Source: Bacillota bacterium
Lineage (GTDB): Bacteria > Bacillota > Limnochordia > Darwinibacteriales > Darwinibacteriaceae
Direction: 5' to 3'
NCBI GenBank assembly: GCA_012521335.1
Contig: JAAYMM010000002.1
Location: 53,030-117,029, forward strand
DNA: 64,000 bases
In this document: in pieces, positions 8,984-19,591 of the stretch
Layout: every line of letters starts with the position of its first letter
Numbering within the stretch: position 1 is the first letter of the stretch
Position numbers and translations under genes: made by a program
The notes under the pieces: generated by a model
Told to the model about the DNA's origin: nothing
Seen by the model: only the letters and a program-made list of their open reading frames with translations
The model's database searches: none

Positions 8984-10293
8984 TGACCCAGGTGACTGTG
9001 ATCGGGGGCGGCCTCGCCGGCAGTGAAGCTGCCTGGCAGCTAGCCACACGGGGCGTTGCCGTGCGCCTCTATGAAATGCGCCCTCAGGCGATGACCCCAG
9101 CCCATCATACGGCCGACCTGGCCGAACTTGTCTGCTCTAATTCTCTAGGGTCGGTCTTGGAGAGCACCGCCGGTGGGCTCCTCAAGCGTGAGCTGACGTT
9201 GATGGGCTCCCTGATCTTGGAGGCGGCAGAAAAAACCCAGGTGCCCGCGGGCAGTGCCCTAGCTGTGGACAGGCAGCTCTTTGCCCAGGAAGTAACCCGC
9301 CGCCTGGAAGAGCATCCTTTGGTGGAGATCATCCGGGAAGAGTGCCGGTCCATACCCCCGGGAATTGTAGTGATTGCCACCGGACCGCTGACCAGCCCTG
9401 CCTTGAGCAGTGCGCTGCAGCAGCTCACCAACGCGGAAAACCTGCACTTCTTCGATGCTGCGGCCCCTATCGTGTTGGGTGAGACCGTCCGCTACGATCT
9501 GGGTTTTTGGGGTGCCCGCTACGGTAAGGGCAGTCCCGATTATTTCAACTGCCCCATGTCCAAAGAGGAGTATCTGGCTTTCTGGCGAGCCCTCGTCACT
9601 GCTGAGATGGCGCCCCTCCACGAGCACGAAAAAGATGAAGACGGTTTTCCCGTGTTTGAAGGCTGCCTGCCAGTGGAAGTGATCGCCAAGCGCGGGGAAG
9701 ATGCCTTGCGCTACGGGCCTTTCCGTCCGGTGGGGCTCTCGGATGCGGAAGGACGCAAGCCCTATGCCGTACTGCAGCTGCGGCGGGAGAATACAGAAGC
9801 GACGCTGTTCAACTTAGTGGGCTGTCAGACCCGCTTGAAATGGGGCGAACAGCAGCGCGTGTTCAGGATGATCCCCGCTCTGCAGGAGGCGGAGTTTGTA
9901 CGCTACGGCGTGATGCACCGCAACACATTTATCAACTCACCAAGAGTACTCAAGGCCAGTTTTCAGTGCCGCGAGGAAGGCCGGCTGTTTCTGGCAGGGC
10001 AGCTCACCGGCGTGGAGGGCTATGTGGAAAGCACGGCCTCGGGCCTGTTGGCAGGGGTAAACGCAGCCCGGCTGGCCCAAGGCCAGGAGCCTTTGGTTCT
10101 GCCACGGGAAACCATGCTGGGGAGCCTCGCTCACTACATTGCCACCGCGGATCCCGAGCACTTCCAACCCATGAACGCGAACTTCGGGATTCTGCCGCCC
10201 TTGGATCCTCCAGTGCGGAGCAAGAAAGAACGGAAGCTGGCCTATACGGAGCGAGCGCTGCGTGCTTTGGCGGATTTCTGGCCCAGAGTGTAG
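8983..10293 (+). CDS. trmFO: Methylenetetrahydrofolate-tRNA-(uracil54-C5)-methyltransferase TrmFO (Gid)
   Basis: 'VTVIGGGLAGSEAAWQLA' FAD-binding N-terminus; 436 aa; conserved topA-gid-xerC order. Confidence 0.9.
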   Translation: MTQVTVIGGGLAGSEAAWQLATRGVAVRLYEMRPQAMTPAHHTADLAELVCSNSLGSVLESTAGGLLKRELTLMGSLILEAAEKTQVPAGSALAVDRQLFAQEVTRRLEEHPLVEIIREECRSIPPGIVVIATGPLTSPALSSALQQLTNAENLHFFDAAAPIVLGETVRYDLGFWGARYGKGSPDYFNCPMSKEEYLAFWRALVTAEMAPLHEHEKDEDGFPVFEGCLPVEVIAKRGEDALRYGPFRPVGLSDAEGRKPYAVLQLRRENTEATLFNLVGCQTRLKWGEQQRVFRMIPALQEAEFVRYGVMHRNTFINSPRVLKASFQCREEGRLFLAGQLTGVEGYVESTASGLLAGVNAARLAQGQEPLVLPRETMLGSLAHYIATADPEHFQPMNANFGILPPLDPPVRSKKERKLAYTERALRALADFWPRV

Positions 10294-10301
10294 GGGGGAG
10301 A

Positions 10302-11213
10302 ATGGCCGTGGAAGAGTTGAAGGAGTACCTGGATTACCTGCGGGTTCAGCGCAACTTGTCCCCCGCTACGGTGGATGCCTACGAGCGGGATTTGACCCAT
10401 TTCCTCCACTTCGTCTGGGAGCAGCTGGACCTTTTGGACAGGCCCCAAGCCCTGGCGGAAGTGGACAAGTATCTGGTCCGGGATTACCTGGCCTTTTTGA
10501 ACCGGGAAGGCTATGCACGGTCCAGTGTGGCCAGGCGCTTGGCCAGCATTCGGGGGTTCAGCCGATACCTCTATGCCCAAGGCCATATCGCCAAGGACTT
10601 TGCCCTCCCGGTGGGAACACCCAAACAGCCCAAGACGGTGCCTGAAACCATGACCATGGATGAGATCAGGTGCTTTTTGGAAGGCAACATGCCTGGGAGC
10701 AATGAGGCTCTGCGAGCTAGGAATAAAGCGATTTTTGAGCTCCTTTACGCCACAGGCATCAGGCTTTCTGAACTCGTGGGGTTGAACGTCGATGATGTGG
10801 ATACGACCCACCACTATGTGCGGGTTTTGGGCAAGGGGCGCAAAGAGCGCATCGTGCCTTTGGGTGAATATGCCCTGGCTAGTGTGCATAACTATTGCCT
10901 GAACTACCGCGGGCAGCTCCTCAAGGGCCAAGACAATCCAGCCCTCTTTTTGAATGCGGCTGGAAGCAGGATCACCCCCCGGGGTGTCCAGTATATTCTA
11001 GAGGAATGCTGCCGGCTTTTGGCTGTGCACAAGAAGATTACTCCCCATACTTTCCGACATACCTTTGCCACTCATCTGCTGGATAACGGGGCCGATCTGC
11101 GTTCTATCCAAGAACTGCTCGGCCACTCCAGCTTATCCACGACGCAGGTTTACACCAAGGTGACCCGCAGTCACCTCAAAACGGTGTACAATCGCGCGCA
11201 TCCCCGGGCGTAG
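10302..11213 (+). CDS. xerC: Tyrosine recombinase XerC (CodV-like)
   Basis: 'YLRVQRNLSPATVDAYERDL' core-binding domain; C-terminal 'HTFRHTFATHLL...LGHSSLSTTQVYT' catalytic motifs; start trimmed to ATG 10302 with GGGGGGAG RBS (the longer ORF overlaps trmFO). Confidence 0.85.
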   Translation: MAVEELKEYLDYLRVQRNLSPATVDAYERDLTHFLHFVWEQLDLLDRPQALAEVDKYLVRDYLAFLNREGYARSSVARRLASIRGFSRYLYAQGHIAKDFALPVGTPKQPKTVPETMTMDEIRCFLEGNMPGSNEALRARNKAIFELLYATGIRLSELVGLNVDDVDTTHHYVRVLGKGRKERIVPLGEYALASVHNYCLNYRGQLLKGQDNPALFLNAAGSRITPRGVQYILEECCRLLAVHKKITPHTFRHTFATHLLDNGADLRSIQELLGHSSLSTTQVYTKVTRSHLKTVYNRAHPRA

Positions 11214-11237
11214 CCCGATTAGACGGAGGGAACACGC

Positions 11238-11783
11238 ATGACGATCAGGTCCACCACAATTATCGCCGTCCGCCGCGCCGATCAAGTGGTGCTGGCTGGA
11301 GACGGCCAGGTCACCTTAGGCGAGAGAACAGTAATCAAACACGGCACCACCAAAGTGAGGACGCTGTGCGACGGCCGTATCCTGGCCGGCTTTGCCGGAG
11401 CTGCCGCGGATGCCATTACCCTGTTTGAGAAATTGGAGCAGAAGCTGAAGGATCACTCTAACCAGCTTTTGCGCGCCGCGGTGGAGATGGGGAAAGAATG
11501 GCGGTCTGACCGCTATCTGCGCCGCTTGGAAGCCCAGCTCTTGGTGGCCGATCGAGAGCTGACCCTGCTCATAGCCGGCAGCGGCGACATTATCGAACCC
11601 GATGACGGAGTCATTGCCATCGGTTCAGGCGGCCCCTATGCCATGGCCGCAGGCCTGGCCCTGCTGAAGAACACGGACATGACGGCCAGGGAGATTGCCT
11701 TGGAAGCGCTGCGCATAACAGCCAATATCTGCATTTATACCAATAACAATATTTCTGTTGTGGAACTCAAGGGTAATGCCTAG
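11238..11783 (+). CDS. hslV: ATP-dependent protease subunit HslV (ClpQ/CodW)
   Basis: 'TTIIAVRR...VLAGDGQVT...[10 protein letters not shown]' proteasome beta-like motifs. Confidence 0.9.
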   Translation: MTIRSTTIIAVRRADQVVLAGDGQVTLGERTVIKHGTTKVRTLCDGRILAGFAGAAADAITLFEKLEQKLKDHSNQLLRAAVEMGKEWRSDRYLRRLEAQLLVADRELTLLIAGSGDIIEPDDGVIAIGSGGPYAMAAGLALLKNTDMTAREIALEALRITANICIYTNNNISVVELKGNA

Positions 11784-11797
11784 AAAGGGGTGGGAGT

Positions 11798-13177
11798 ATG
11801 GATCTCACACCGCAGGAGATAGTAGCCGAACTTGATCGTTATATTATCGGGCAGGATGAAGCCAAGCGTGCCGTGGCTATCGCTCTGCGCAACCGCTACC
11901 GCCGTCGGCGGCTGGCCCCGGAAGTGCGAGAGGATATCCTGCCGAAGAACATCTTGATGATCGGTCCCACTGGGGTGGGCAAGACGGAGATCGCCCGGCG
12001 CTTGGCCCGCTTGGCCGGGGCGCCCTTCGTGAAAGTGGAAGCCACCAAGTTCACCGAAGTTGGCTATGTCGGCCGGGATGTGGAGTCCATCATCCGCGAA
12101 CTGGTAGATGTGGCCATCCGCATGGTGAAAGAACAGAAAATGGCCGAAGTGGAGGATCGGGCCAAGGCTTTGGCGGAAGAACGGCTGGTGGAACTGCTGG
12201 TCCCCAGTCCTGCGCCTGCCTCACGGTTCAATCCAATGGATATCTTCTGGGGGCTCACCCAGCAGGCGCCTGCCAGCAAGCCGGCCGCGGAGGATGAGGA
12301 GAGAATCAGGAAGGAACGGCGCCGCGTGCGGGAGCTGCTCCGGCTGGGCGAACTAGAGGACGAGCTGGTGGAAGTGGCGGTAGAGAAGTCGTCCAACTTC
12401 TTCTGGGAGATGCCCGGTTCCGGCCTAGATGACCTGGGCGCCAGTTTCAAGGAGATGCTCGGTGATCTGCTGCCGAAAAAGATGCAGAAGCGTACCATGC
12501 CGGTGCGGGAGGCCAGAGGTGTGCTCGTGCAGGAAGAAGCCACCAAGCTGTTGGATATGGATGCGGTCATGGCCGAGGCCGTTCGGCTAGCCGAGGAATC
12601 GGGCATTGTCTTCATCGACGAAATCGACAAGATTGCCGGTTCAGACCATAAAGGAGGCCCTGATGTCTCCCGGGAAGGCGTGCAGCGAGATATTCTGCCC
12701 ATCATTGAAGGCTGCACAGTGATTACCAAAGCAGGTCCGGTGCGCACTGATTACATCCTGTTCATCGCCGCGGGGGCCTTCCACATTTCCCAGCCAGCCG
12801 ACTTAATTCCGGAGCTGCAGGGGCGTTTCCCCATCCGGGTCAACCTGTCTAACCTGCGGGCGGAAGACTTCGCGCGCATTCTCACGGAGCCGGCGAACTC
12901 CCTGACCAAGCAGTACGCTGCCCTCTTGGGCACAGAAGGGGTAATCTTGGATTTCACCGAGGAGGGCGTCTTGGAGATTGCTAGGATCGCCGAGGAAGTG
13001 AACCGGGCCACCGAGAACATCGGTGCACGGCGGCTGCATACCATCCTTGAGAGTCTGTTGGAGGATGTGAGTTTTGCGCCGCCCACGGGGGAAAAAGTGG
13101 TCATCGATGCGCAGTACGTTCGGCACAAACTCGGTGACCTGGTGCAGGACCGCGACTTAACCCGTTACATTCTTTAG
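11798..13177 (+). CDS. hslU: ATP-dependent protease ATPase subunit HslU (ClpY/CodX)
   Basis: Walker A '[15 protein letters not shown]', I-domain, '[11 protein letters not shown]'; 459 aa. Confidence 0.9.
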   Translation: MDLTPQEIVAELDRYIIGQDEAKRAVAIALRNRYRRRRLAPEVREDILPKNILMIGPTGVGKTEIARRLARLAGAPFVKVEATKFTEVGYVGRDVESIIRELVDVAIRMVKEQKMAEVEDRAKALAEERLVELLVPSPAPASRFNPMDIFWGLTQQAPASKPAAEDEERIRKERRRVRELLRLGELEDELVEVAVEKSSNFFWEMPGSGLDDLGASFKEMLGDLLPKKMQKRTMPVREARGVLVQEEATKLLDMDAVMAEAVRLAEESGIVFIDEIDKIAGSDHKGGPDVSREGVQRDILPIIEGCTVITKAGPVRTDYILFIAAGAFHISQPADLIPELQGRFPIRVNLSNLRAEDFARILTEPANSLTKQYAALLGTEGVILDFTEEGVLEIARIAEEVNRATENIGARRLHTILESLLEDVSFAPPTGEKVVIDAQYVRHKLGDLVQDRDLTRYIL

Positions 13178-13247
13178 GCAATTCTTCGGGAAGAATCGTG
13201 AACGCAGGTAGGATTTTGCTGGATCGTGACGAATTCCATAATTGAGT

Positions 13248-13278
13248 TGGGGGAGAGGCAAAACGACTCCCCTTTTTC
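13248..13278 (+). terminator. Rho-independent terminator after hslU
   Basis: GGGGAG-loop-CTCCCC followed by TTTTT. Confidence 0.65.
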
Positions 13279-13378
13279 ACTTTGCCGATCAATGCGGGCA
13301 GGACTTCCCTTCGCTTTAGCGAAGTAACGGGGAAGGGAAATATTGTCAGTAACGGATTTTGTCGGGGAGGGAACCCTG

Positions 13379-13777
13379 ATGTTTCGATTGGTGGACAGAT
13401 TGAGTGTCGGGTTGAGCAAGGCCAGCCTGCGCCAGACAGTACTCAGCAATAATTTGGCGAACTTCAATACTCCCGGATTCAAGCGTTCCGACGTGGTGGA
13501 CAACCCGTCATTCACCAGCGAACTGGGCAAAGCACAGGGCGCGTCCCTGCGGCGCACCCACAGCAGACATCTGCCTGGCTTTTCCGGCAGAATGGATGGG
13601 GCCTTTTCAGTGGTGGAAGATCGCAGTACCACCATGCGTACGGATGGCAACAACGTAGATGTTGACCGGGAGCGGGTTCTGCTCTTGGAAAACCAGCTCT
13701 ACTACGATTCCTTGATCGATGCGGTGAGCCGCAAGCTCAGCCAGCTGCGAACAGTCATCGGGGAAGGGAGGAGGTAG
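13379..13777 (+). CDS. flgB: Flagellar basal-body rod protein FlgB
   Basis: 'RQTVLSNNLANFNTPGFKR' rod protein N-terminal motif; ATG 13379 after GGGGAGGG. Confidence 0.85.
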   Translation: MFRLVDRLSVGLSKASLRQTVLSNNLANFNTPGFKRSDVVDNPSFTSELGKAQGASLRRTHSRHLPGFSGRMDGAFSVVEDRSTTMRTDGNNVDVDRERVLLLENQLYYDSLIDAVSRKLSQLRTVIGEGRR

Positions 13778-13780
13778 TTC

Positions 13781-14215
13781 GTGAGCGTATTTAAGATCTT
13801 CCGCATCGCCGCCTCAGGCTTAACCGCGGAGCGGCTGCGCATGGACACCATCGCCAATAACTTGGCCAACGCCAACACGACACGCACGCCTGAAGGCGGC
13901 CCCTACCGCCGGCAGGTACCAGTGTTCGCGCCAATATTGGACAAGTTCATGCGTGCAGGTACAGCGCAGCGGTCGGGTTTCTCCGGCGGGGGAGTGCAGG
14001 TTGTGGGAGTGGTGAGCGATCCTTCGCCGCCGCGCCTGGTCTATGATCCCCAGCACCCCGATGCCAATGCAGATGGGTACGTGGAGATGCCCAACGTACA
14101 TGTGGTGAAGGAGATGGTGGATCTGATTACGGCCACACGCGCTTACGAGGCCAACATCGCAGCTTTGAATTCAGCCAAATCCATGGCGCAGCGCGCCTTG
14201 GAGATTGGCCGTTAG
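13781..14215 (+). CDS. flgC: Flagellar basal-body rod protein FlgC
   Basis: 'ASGLTAERLRMDTIANNLANANTT' and C-terminal 'YVEMPNVHVVKEMVDLITATRAYEAN'. Confidence 0.9.
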   Translation: MSVFKIFRIAASGLTAERLRMDTIANNLANANTTRTPEGGPYRRQVPVFAPILDKFMRAGTAQRSGFSGGGVQVVGVVSDPSPPRLVYDPQHPDANADGYVEMPNVHVVKEMVDLITATRAYEANIAALNSAKSMAQRALEIGR

Positions 14216-14228
14216 GAAGGTGTTCTAG

Positions 14229-14516
14229 ATGAGGGTTCAATTTGGCGGCTTGCCCCAGAGCGTCAATTTCAGCAAACTGCAGCCCCGTGACGAACAGGGC
14301 AAGAACTTCCAGGACTACCTGCGGGATGCCCTGCAGGAGGTCAACCAACTGCAGCAGCAGGGCGATGTGGCATTTACCAAGCTGCTAACAGGAGAAATAG
14401 AATTCCACGAAGCCATGATCATGGCAGAGAAAGCGAACTTGGCCCTTCAGCTAACTATGGCTATACGTACCAAGCTCATTGAGGCATACCAAGAAATAAT
14501 GCGCATGCAAGTTTAG
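14229..14516 (+). CDS. fliE: Flagellar hook-basal body complex protein FliE
   Basis: 95 aa; position between flgC and fliF; C-terminal 'ANLALQLTMAIRTKLIEAYQEIMRMQ'. Confidence 0.8.
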   Translation: MRVQFGGLPQSVNFSKLQPRDEQGKNFQDYLRDALQEVNQLQQQGDVAFTKLLTGEIEFHEAMIMAEKANLALQLTMAIRTKLIEAYQEIMRMQV

Positions 14517-14532
14517 CTAGGGTGGGTGTCTT

Positions 14533-16059
14533 ATGAACAATGTTCTCGAGTCAATCAAGCAAACCTGGGGCAAGCTGTCACGTCCAATGCAGATTGGCGT
14601 CGGCGTTTTTGTCCTGGGTGTTTTTCTATCATTGGTCCTCTTAGCTCTCCTGTCGCGTCCCAGCTATCAGGTGCTTTTTTCTGGTTTGAGCCCTGAAGAT
14701 GCAGGTGCCGTTGTGGCCGCACTGCAGGAACGGGGTACTCCCTATCAGCTGACCGACGGTGGCACCACGGTCATGGTCCCAGAGGAAGCGGTGTTCGAGA
14801 CGCGCATCGCCCTGGCGACATCGGGCGTACCCACAGGGGGAGTGGTGGGCTTTGAGATTTTCAACACGACCCGCCTGGGTGAAACGGAGGCCGACCGCCA
14901 GCTGCGCTTTCAATGGGCCCTCCAGGGAGAGCTGACCCGCACAATCCGGCAGATCAACGAGGTGGCCGATGCTCGCGTACATATTGTCCTGCCCAGACGT
15001 TCCTTGTTTGTGCAGGAGAGTCAACCCGCCACAGCTTCTGTATTGCTGCAGCTGAGGCCGGGGGCCCAGTTGAGCCGCAACCAGGTGCGGGCCATCGCCA
15101 ACCTTGTGGCCAGCAGTGTGGAAGGGCTGAGTCCTGATAACGTAACCATCGTTGACTCCAAAGGTACGGTGCTCAACTCGCCTGACTTTGGTGAACTGGG
15201 ACAGGTCGCGGATCGGTTTGAGATGAAATGGCGCTACGAACAGCAGCTGGAAAACAGCATTGTGGCCATGCTGGAGCGCGTTTTTGGCTTTGGCAATGTG
15301 GTCAGCCGGGTCAATGCGCAGCTTGATTTTTCCCGTATGGAGCAGTACAGCGAAACCTATTCGCCTGTGCAGAGGGGCGAAGGCCTGGCGCGCAGTACTC
15401 AGACCTTTGACGAGACGTACAGGGGAGTAACTACTACAGCAGGGGGAGTGCCGGGAGTGGACTCCAATATCCCTGGTTATGTGTTTGCCGATCAGGGAGA
15501 AGGCACCACCGAGTGGGAACGCCATGAATCAGTGACCAACTACGAGCTTAACCGCACGGAAACCTGGCTTACCACTATGCCGGGTGAAGTGACTAACTTG
15601 GCAGTTTCGGTGTGGATCAACGGCGATTTGGATCCTGCCCAGTTGGCCGCCGTGGAAGAGTCGGTTATCCGGGCAACAGGGCTGGATCTCAACCGCGGCG
15701 ACAGCATCTATGTAGCCAGCGTACCTTTTGAAGTGATGCCCTTTTCCGATGAGTTTGTCATACCAGAAGCACCGCGCGGCATTCCGTTCTATTTCTGGCT
15801 GGTGGGGGCTGCGGTGCTGCTGCTTGGCGCTGTGCTGCTCATTAGGGTACTTACGTCCAAACGTGCTGTTCCCGAAGAAGCGCCGGTCGCTGCTGCCCTA
15901 GACGTGGTTGTGGGCGACGAAGAACCAGAACTGCCTGAACGGGAGCTCACACCTGAAGAACAGGAGCTCGTGAATATACGCAAACAGATTCAGAAGCTGG
16001 CCAAAGAGAAGCCTGAAGAAGTGGCCATGATCATGAGAACCTGGTTGGCGGAGGACTAG
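14533..16059 (+). CDS. fliF: Flagellar MS-ring protein FliF
   Basis: 508 aa, N-terminal TM, YscJ/FliF domain, second TM near the C-terminus. Confidence 0.9.
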   Translation: MNNVLESIKQTWGKLSRPMQIGVGVFVLGVFLSLVLLALLSRPSYQVLFSGLSPEDAGAVVAALQERGTPYQLTDGGTTVMVPEEAVFETRIALATSGVPTGGVVGFEIFNTTRLGETEADRQLRFQWALQGELTRTIRQINEVADARVHIVLPRRSLFVQESQPATASVLLQLRPGAQLSRNQVRAIANLVASSVEGLSPDNVTIVDSKGTVLNSPDFGELGQVADRFEMKWRYEQQLENSIVAMLERVFGFGNVVSRVNAQLDFSRMEQYSETYSPVQRGEGLARSTQTFDETYRGVTTTAGGVPGVDSNIPGYVFADQGEGTTEWERHESVTNYELNRTETWLTTMPGEVTNLAVSVWINGDLDPAQLAAVEESVIRATGLDLNRGDSIYVASVPFEVMPFSDEFVIPEAPRGIPFYFWLVGAAVLLLGAVLLIRVLTSKRAVPEEAPVAAALDVVVGDEEPELPERELTPEEQELVNIRKQIQKLAKEKPEEVAMIMRTWLAED

Positions 16060-16070
16060 GAGGGTCGAAG

Positions 16071-17078
16071 ATGAGAGCTCGCAAGATGAGCGGTAAGGAG
16101 AAAGCGGCGGTACTGCTGGTCAGTCTGGGGCCGGAGATATCCGCTTCCATATTTAAACACCTCAAAGAGCAAGAGATTGAGGATCTGGCATTAGCCATCG
16201 CTGGTTTGAAACGGGTGCAGCCCGAGCTCAGGGATGAAGTGTTGGAAGAGTTTCACGATCTGGTCATGGCCCGGGAGTATCTGGAGCAGGGGGGCATCGA
16301 CTACGCGCGGGAGCTTTTGGAAAAGGCTTTAGGGCGGGATCGGGCTGAAGATATCATCAAAAGGCTTACTGCTTCACTCGCGGTACGTCCCTTTGACTCT
16401 GCCCGCAAGACCGATCCCAGCCAGCTCTTGAACTTCATCCAAAACGAGCATCCCCAAACCATTGCTCTGATTCTAGCCTACCTCCATCCTGAACAGGCAG
16501 GCTTAATACTATCTTCCTTAAGTCCCGAACTGCAGGTGGATGTGGCTCGGCGCGTGGCGAAGCTGGATCGGACCACACCGGAAGTGCTGCAGGAGATTGA
16601 GAGCACCTTGGAACAGCGTCTTTCGGCCTTTGTCATGGATGACTATACTGTGGCCGGCGGCATCGAGTCCATCGTGGACATGCTCAACATGGTGGACCGC
16701 ACCACGGAAAAGACCATCCTGGACTCCCTGGAAGAGGAAGAACCGGAGCTGGCGGAAGAAATCCGCAAGCGGATGTTCGTGTTCGAGGACATCATCCTCC
16801 TGGACGACCGGTCGATCCAGAAAGTGCTGCGTGAAGTGGATTCCAAGGATCTGGCCATGGCGCTTAAGACAGCCAGCGAAGAAGTATCCGCCCGCATCTT
16901 CAGGAACATGTCCAAGCGGGCCGCGGAGATGCTCAAGGAAGATATCGAGTACATGGGGCCTGTGCGCCTGCGTGATATCGAAGAAACCCAGCAGAAGATT
17001 GTGGCCACCATCCGCCGTCTGGAAGACATGGGCGAGATTATCATTGCCCGCGGAGGGGAGGACGAGGTGATTGTCTAG
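16071..17078 (+). CDS. fliG: Flagellar motor switch protein FliG
   Basis: 335 aa; 'GKEKAAVLLVSLGPE' N-terminus and conserved charged C-terminal torque helix region. Confidence 0.9.
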   Translation: MRARKMSGKEKAAVLLVSLGPEISASIFKHLKEQEIEDLALAIAGLKRVQPELRDEVLEEFHDLVMAREYLEQGGIDYARELLEKALGRDRAEDIIKRLTASLAVRPFDSARKTDPSQLLNFIQNEHPQTIALILAYLHPEQAGLILSSLSPELQVDVARRVAKLDRTTPEVLQEIESTLEQRLSAFVMDDYTVAGGIESIVDMLNMVDRTTEKTILDSLEEEEPELAEEIRKRMFVFEDIILLDDRSIQKVLREVDSKDLAMALKTASEEVSARIFRNMSKRAAEMLKEDIEYMGPVRLRDIEETQQKIVATIRRLEDMGEIIIARGGEDEVIV

Positions 17079-17826
17079 AATCATCAAGGCGGCCGATCTG
17101 AAGGTCCTGGTCACTTCCGATGATCAGACCATCATTCCAGTCATCCCCACGGAAAAGGGGAGCAACGAGGGCTTCACGAAAGGGGCAACCATCTTGGATG
17201 CAGCCAACCTGCTCGAAGACGCCCAAGCCAAGGCGGACGAAATCTTGGCCCAGGCGGAGCGGGAGGCCCAGGAACGCTTAGAGCAGGCAGAAGAGGAAGT
17301 GGAGTCCATCCGCCTGCGGGCTAAGGAAGCGGGTTTTGCTGAAGGTTACCAAGAGGGGCTGGAGGAGGGAAGGCAGAAGGCCTTGGAAAAGGCTGCTGAG
17401 CTGCTTGCTCTGCTGCAGTCCACCGTGGACGAGGCTGTGCGCTTAAGGGCTGCTAACCTGCAGACCCTCGAAGACGACTTCCTAAAGCTCAGCGTTTTCC
17501 TTGCCGATAAGATCATCAGAAAAGAGGTCGAAACGGACATCTCATGGCTGCAGCCCATCCTCAAGGAAGCACTGGAAGCTCTGGGCACAGTTGAACGGGC
17601 GGTGGTGCTGCTGAACCCCGTGGATTATGCTCTGCTGCAGAACCATGAGCAGGACCTCAACTTGAGCAGTAGAGCGCAGCTTACCTTTGAGCAGGATCCC
17701 TCCATTTCCCAAGGCGGCTGCTTGATAGAATCCGATACAGGCCTGATCGATGCCCGCCTGGAAAGGCGTTTGGGCAAGCTGGCCCATCACTTATTGGAAG
17801 TGCTGTACGATGAGAACAACGGATGA
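17071..17826 (+). CDS. fliH: Flagellar assembly protein FliH
   Basis: 251 aa; coiled-coil E/A-rich N-terminus and FliH C-terminal domain; TTG start overlapping the fliG stop. Confidence 0.75.
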   Translation: MSRIIKAADLKVLVTSDDQTIIPVIPTEKGSNEGFTKGATILDAANLLEDAQAKADEILAQAEREAQERLEQAEEEVESIRLRAKEAGFAEGYQEGLEEGRQKALEKAAELLALLQSTVDEAVRLRAANLQTLEDDFLKLSVFLADKIIRKEVETDISWLQPILKEALEALGTVERAVVLLNPVDYALLQNHEQDLNLSSRAQLTFEQDPSISQGGCLIESDTGLIDARLERRLGKLAHHLLEVLYDENNG

Positions 17827-19144
17827 GCTTTCGCCTCGGGTGGCCCACTATCTGCGCCACCTGGAAAACGTTAACGATACTATCCACAGCGGCCGCGTCA
17901 GTCAGATTGTAGGCTTAACCATCGAATCCATCGGGCCCACGACCAATATTGGGGATATCTGCTTGATTAAGCCCCGGCGCGGCAGCGGCATCCCCGCGGA
18001 AGTGGTTGGTTTTCGAGACCAAAAGGTACTGCTCATGCCCCTATCTGACCTCACCGGGGTAGGGCCGGGCAGCCTGGTTACGGCCACCGGATCACCATTG
18101 ATGGTACCCGTCGGGGAAGCGCTTCTAGGGCGGATTCTTGATGGGTTGGGCCAACCCATGGATGGCAAGGGGTATATCCCCGCGGCCAAGTATCTGTCTG
18201 TGCAGGGTCGTGTTCCCCAGCCTTTGGAACGCCAGCGCATTAAAACGCACCTTTCCGTAGGAGTGCGCGCCATTGACGGTGTGCTCACCTGCGGCCGAGG
18301 GCAGCGCATCGGCGTTTTCGCCGGCAGCGGTGTGGGCAAGAGTACGCTGTTGGGTATGATGGCCCGCAATACGGAGGCCGATGTGGCGGTGATTGCCCTC
18401 ATCGGTGAGCGCGGTCGAGAAGTAAGGGAGTTCATTGAACGGGACCTAGGCCCCGAAGGCCTAGCCCGGTCTGTGGTCGTAGTGGCCACATCGGATCAAC
18501 CTGCTTTGGTGCGCCTCAAAGGCGCCATGGTGGCCACCACCATAGCAGAGTTTTTCAGGGACCTAGGATTAGATGTGCTGTTTGTCATGGACTCAGTAAC
18601 CCGCCTGGCCCTAGCCCAGAGGGAAGTGGGGCTGGCCATTGGCGAACCGCCGGCCACTCGAGGTTACACACCTTCCGTGTTTGCCCTGCTGCCCCGGCTG
18701 CTGGAGCGCACGGGCCCAGGGCGCAACGGCACCATTACTGCTTTTTACACAGTGCTGGTGGAAGGCGACGATATGAATGAGCCAGTAGCTGACACGGTGC
18801 GCGGTATTCTCGACGGCCACATTGTCCTAAACAGAGCTCTAGCAGAGAAGAACCATTACCCGGCCATCGACGTGCTGGCCAGCATCAGCCGTTTGATGGT
18901 GGAGGTTACGACTCCAGAACACCAGCGCTGGGCGGCCAAACTGCGCGCTGCTCTAGCAGCGTATAGCGAAGCAGAAGATCTGATCAACATCGGCGCCTAT
19001 GCCCATGGATCCAACCCACAGATTGATGAAGCAATTAGACTCCATCCCGCGATCACGGCCTTCTTGCAGCAGGGAGTGAATGAACGTTCAACGTTCTCAG
19101 AAACCCTGGAGCGCCTGGAGGCAGTGTTCGCTGCCACTAGTTAG
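17810..19144 (+). CDS. fliI: Flagellum-specific ATP synthase FliI
   Basis: Walker A '[15 protein letters not shown]'; F1/T3SS ATPase family; start trimmed to ATG 17810 (overlaps the fliH end). Confidence 0.9.
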   Translation: MRTTDELSPRVAHYLRHLENVNDTIHSGRVSQIVGLTIESIGPTTNIGDICLIKPRRGSGIPAEVVGFRDQKVLLMPLSDLTGVGPGSLVTATGSPLMVPVGEALLGRILDGLGQPMDGKGYIPAAKYLSVQGRVPQPLERQRIKTHLSVGVRAIDGVLTCGRGQRIGVFAGSGVGKSTLLGMMARNTEADVAVIALIGERGREVREFIERDLGPEGLARSVVVVATSDQPALVRLKGAMVATTIAEFFRDLGLDVLFVMDSVTRLALAQREVGLAIGEPPATRGYTPSVFALLPRLLERTGPGRNGTITAFYTVLVEGDDMNEPVADTVRGILDGHIVLNRALAEKNHYPAIDVLASISRLMVEVTTPEHQRWAAKLRAALAAYSEAEDLINIGAYAHGSNPQIDEAIRLHPAITAFLQQGVNERSTFSETLERLEAVFAATS

Positions 19145-19154
19145 GAGTTGAAGC

Positions 19155-19577
19155 ATGGCTGGTTTTAGGTTCCGCTTGGAGAAAGTGCTGAAGGTACGAG
19201 AGATTCAAGAAGAACAGTCCAAGTTCAGATGGGCCCAGGAAGAGCGTTTGGCCCATGAAGAGCGGGCCAAATTGGCGCGTCTGCAAGCACACGAGCAAGA
19301 CGTAAAAGCGTTTGGCTACGGCCAAGGGGAGATTCTACTGAGGCAGGCCACGTACGAGTATCTGGAAGCTCTGGACCGCAGAGTCCGAATGCAAACTCAG
19401 AGAGTTGTGGAGCAAGAGGAGGCTGCCCGCGAGGCCAAGGAGAAGTGGCTGAAGGCGAGGCAGGAACGGAAAAAAGTGTCCATCCTGCGTGAACGGGCTT
19501 ACGCCGCCTTTGTCAAGGAGGAACTGAGCAAGGAGCAAAAATTGCTGGATGACATGCGGTCGCGTGTCTTGTCCTAG
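19155..19577 (+). CDS. fliJ: Flagellar export chaperone FliJ
   Basis: 140 aa coiled-coil protein starting 'FRFRLEKVLKVRE'. Confidence 0.8.
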   Translation: MAGFRFRLEKVLKVREIQEEQSKFRWAQEERLAHEERAKLARLQAHEQDVKAFGYGQGEILLRQATYEYLEALDRRVRMQTQRVVEQEEAAREAKEKWLKARQERKKVSILRERAYAAFVKEELSKEQKLLDDMRSRVLS

Positions 19578-19591
19578 GGAGGTACTGAGCC

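Noticed and set aside
9840-10301. Long N-terminal extension of the xerC ORF (ORF 9840..11213) overlapping trmFO
   Set aside because: Extension is in a different frame over the 3' end of trmFO, is Arg/Gly-rich junk, and a canonical ATG with GGGGGGAG RBS at 10302 yields a normal XerC N-terminus.
13284-13291. GCCGATCA as a sigma-28 promoter for the fla operon
   Set aside because: Matches the -10 half only; no TAAA(GTTT) -35 at the required 11-16 nt spacing.
16540-17070. 176-aa alternative-frame ORF inside fliG (+ strand) and other internal same-strand ORFs (e.g. 38850..39140 in pyrH, 60843..61286 in pnp)
   Set aside because: Out-of-frame overlaps with well-supported genes; Arg/Pro-rich translations typical of GC-rich off-frames.
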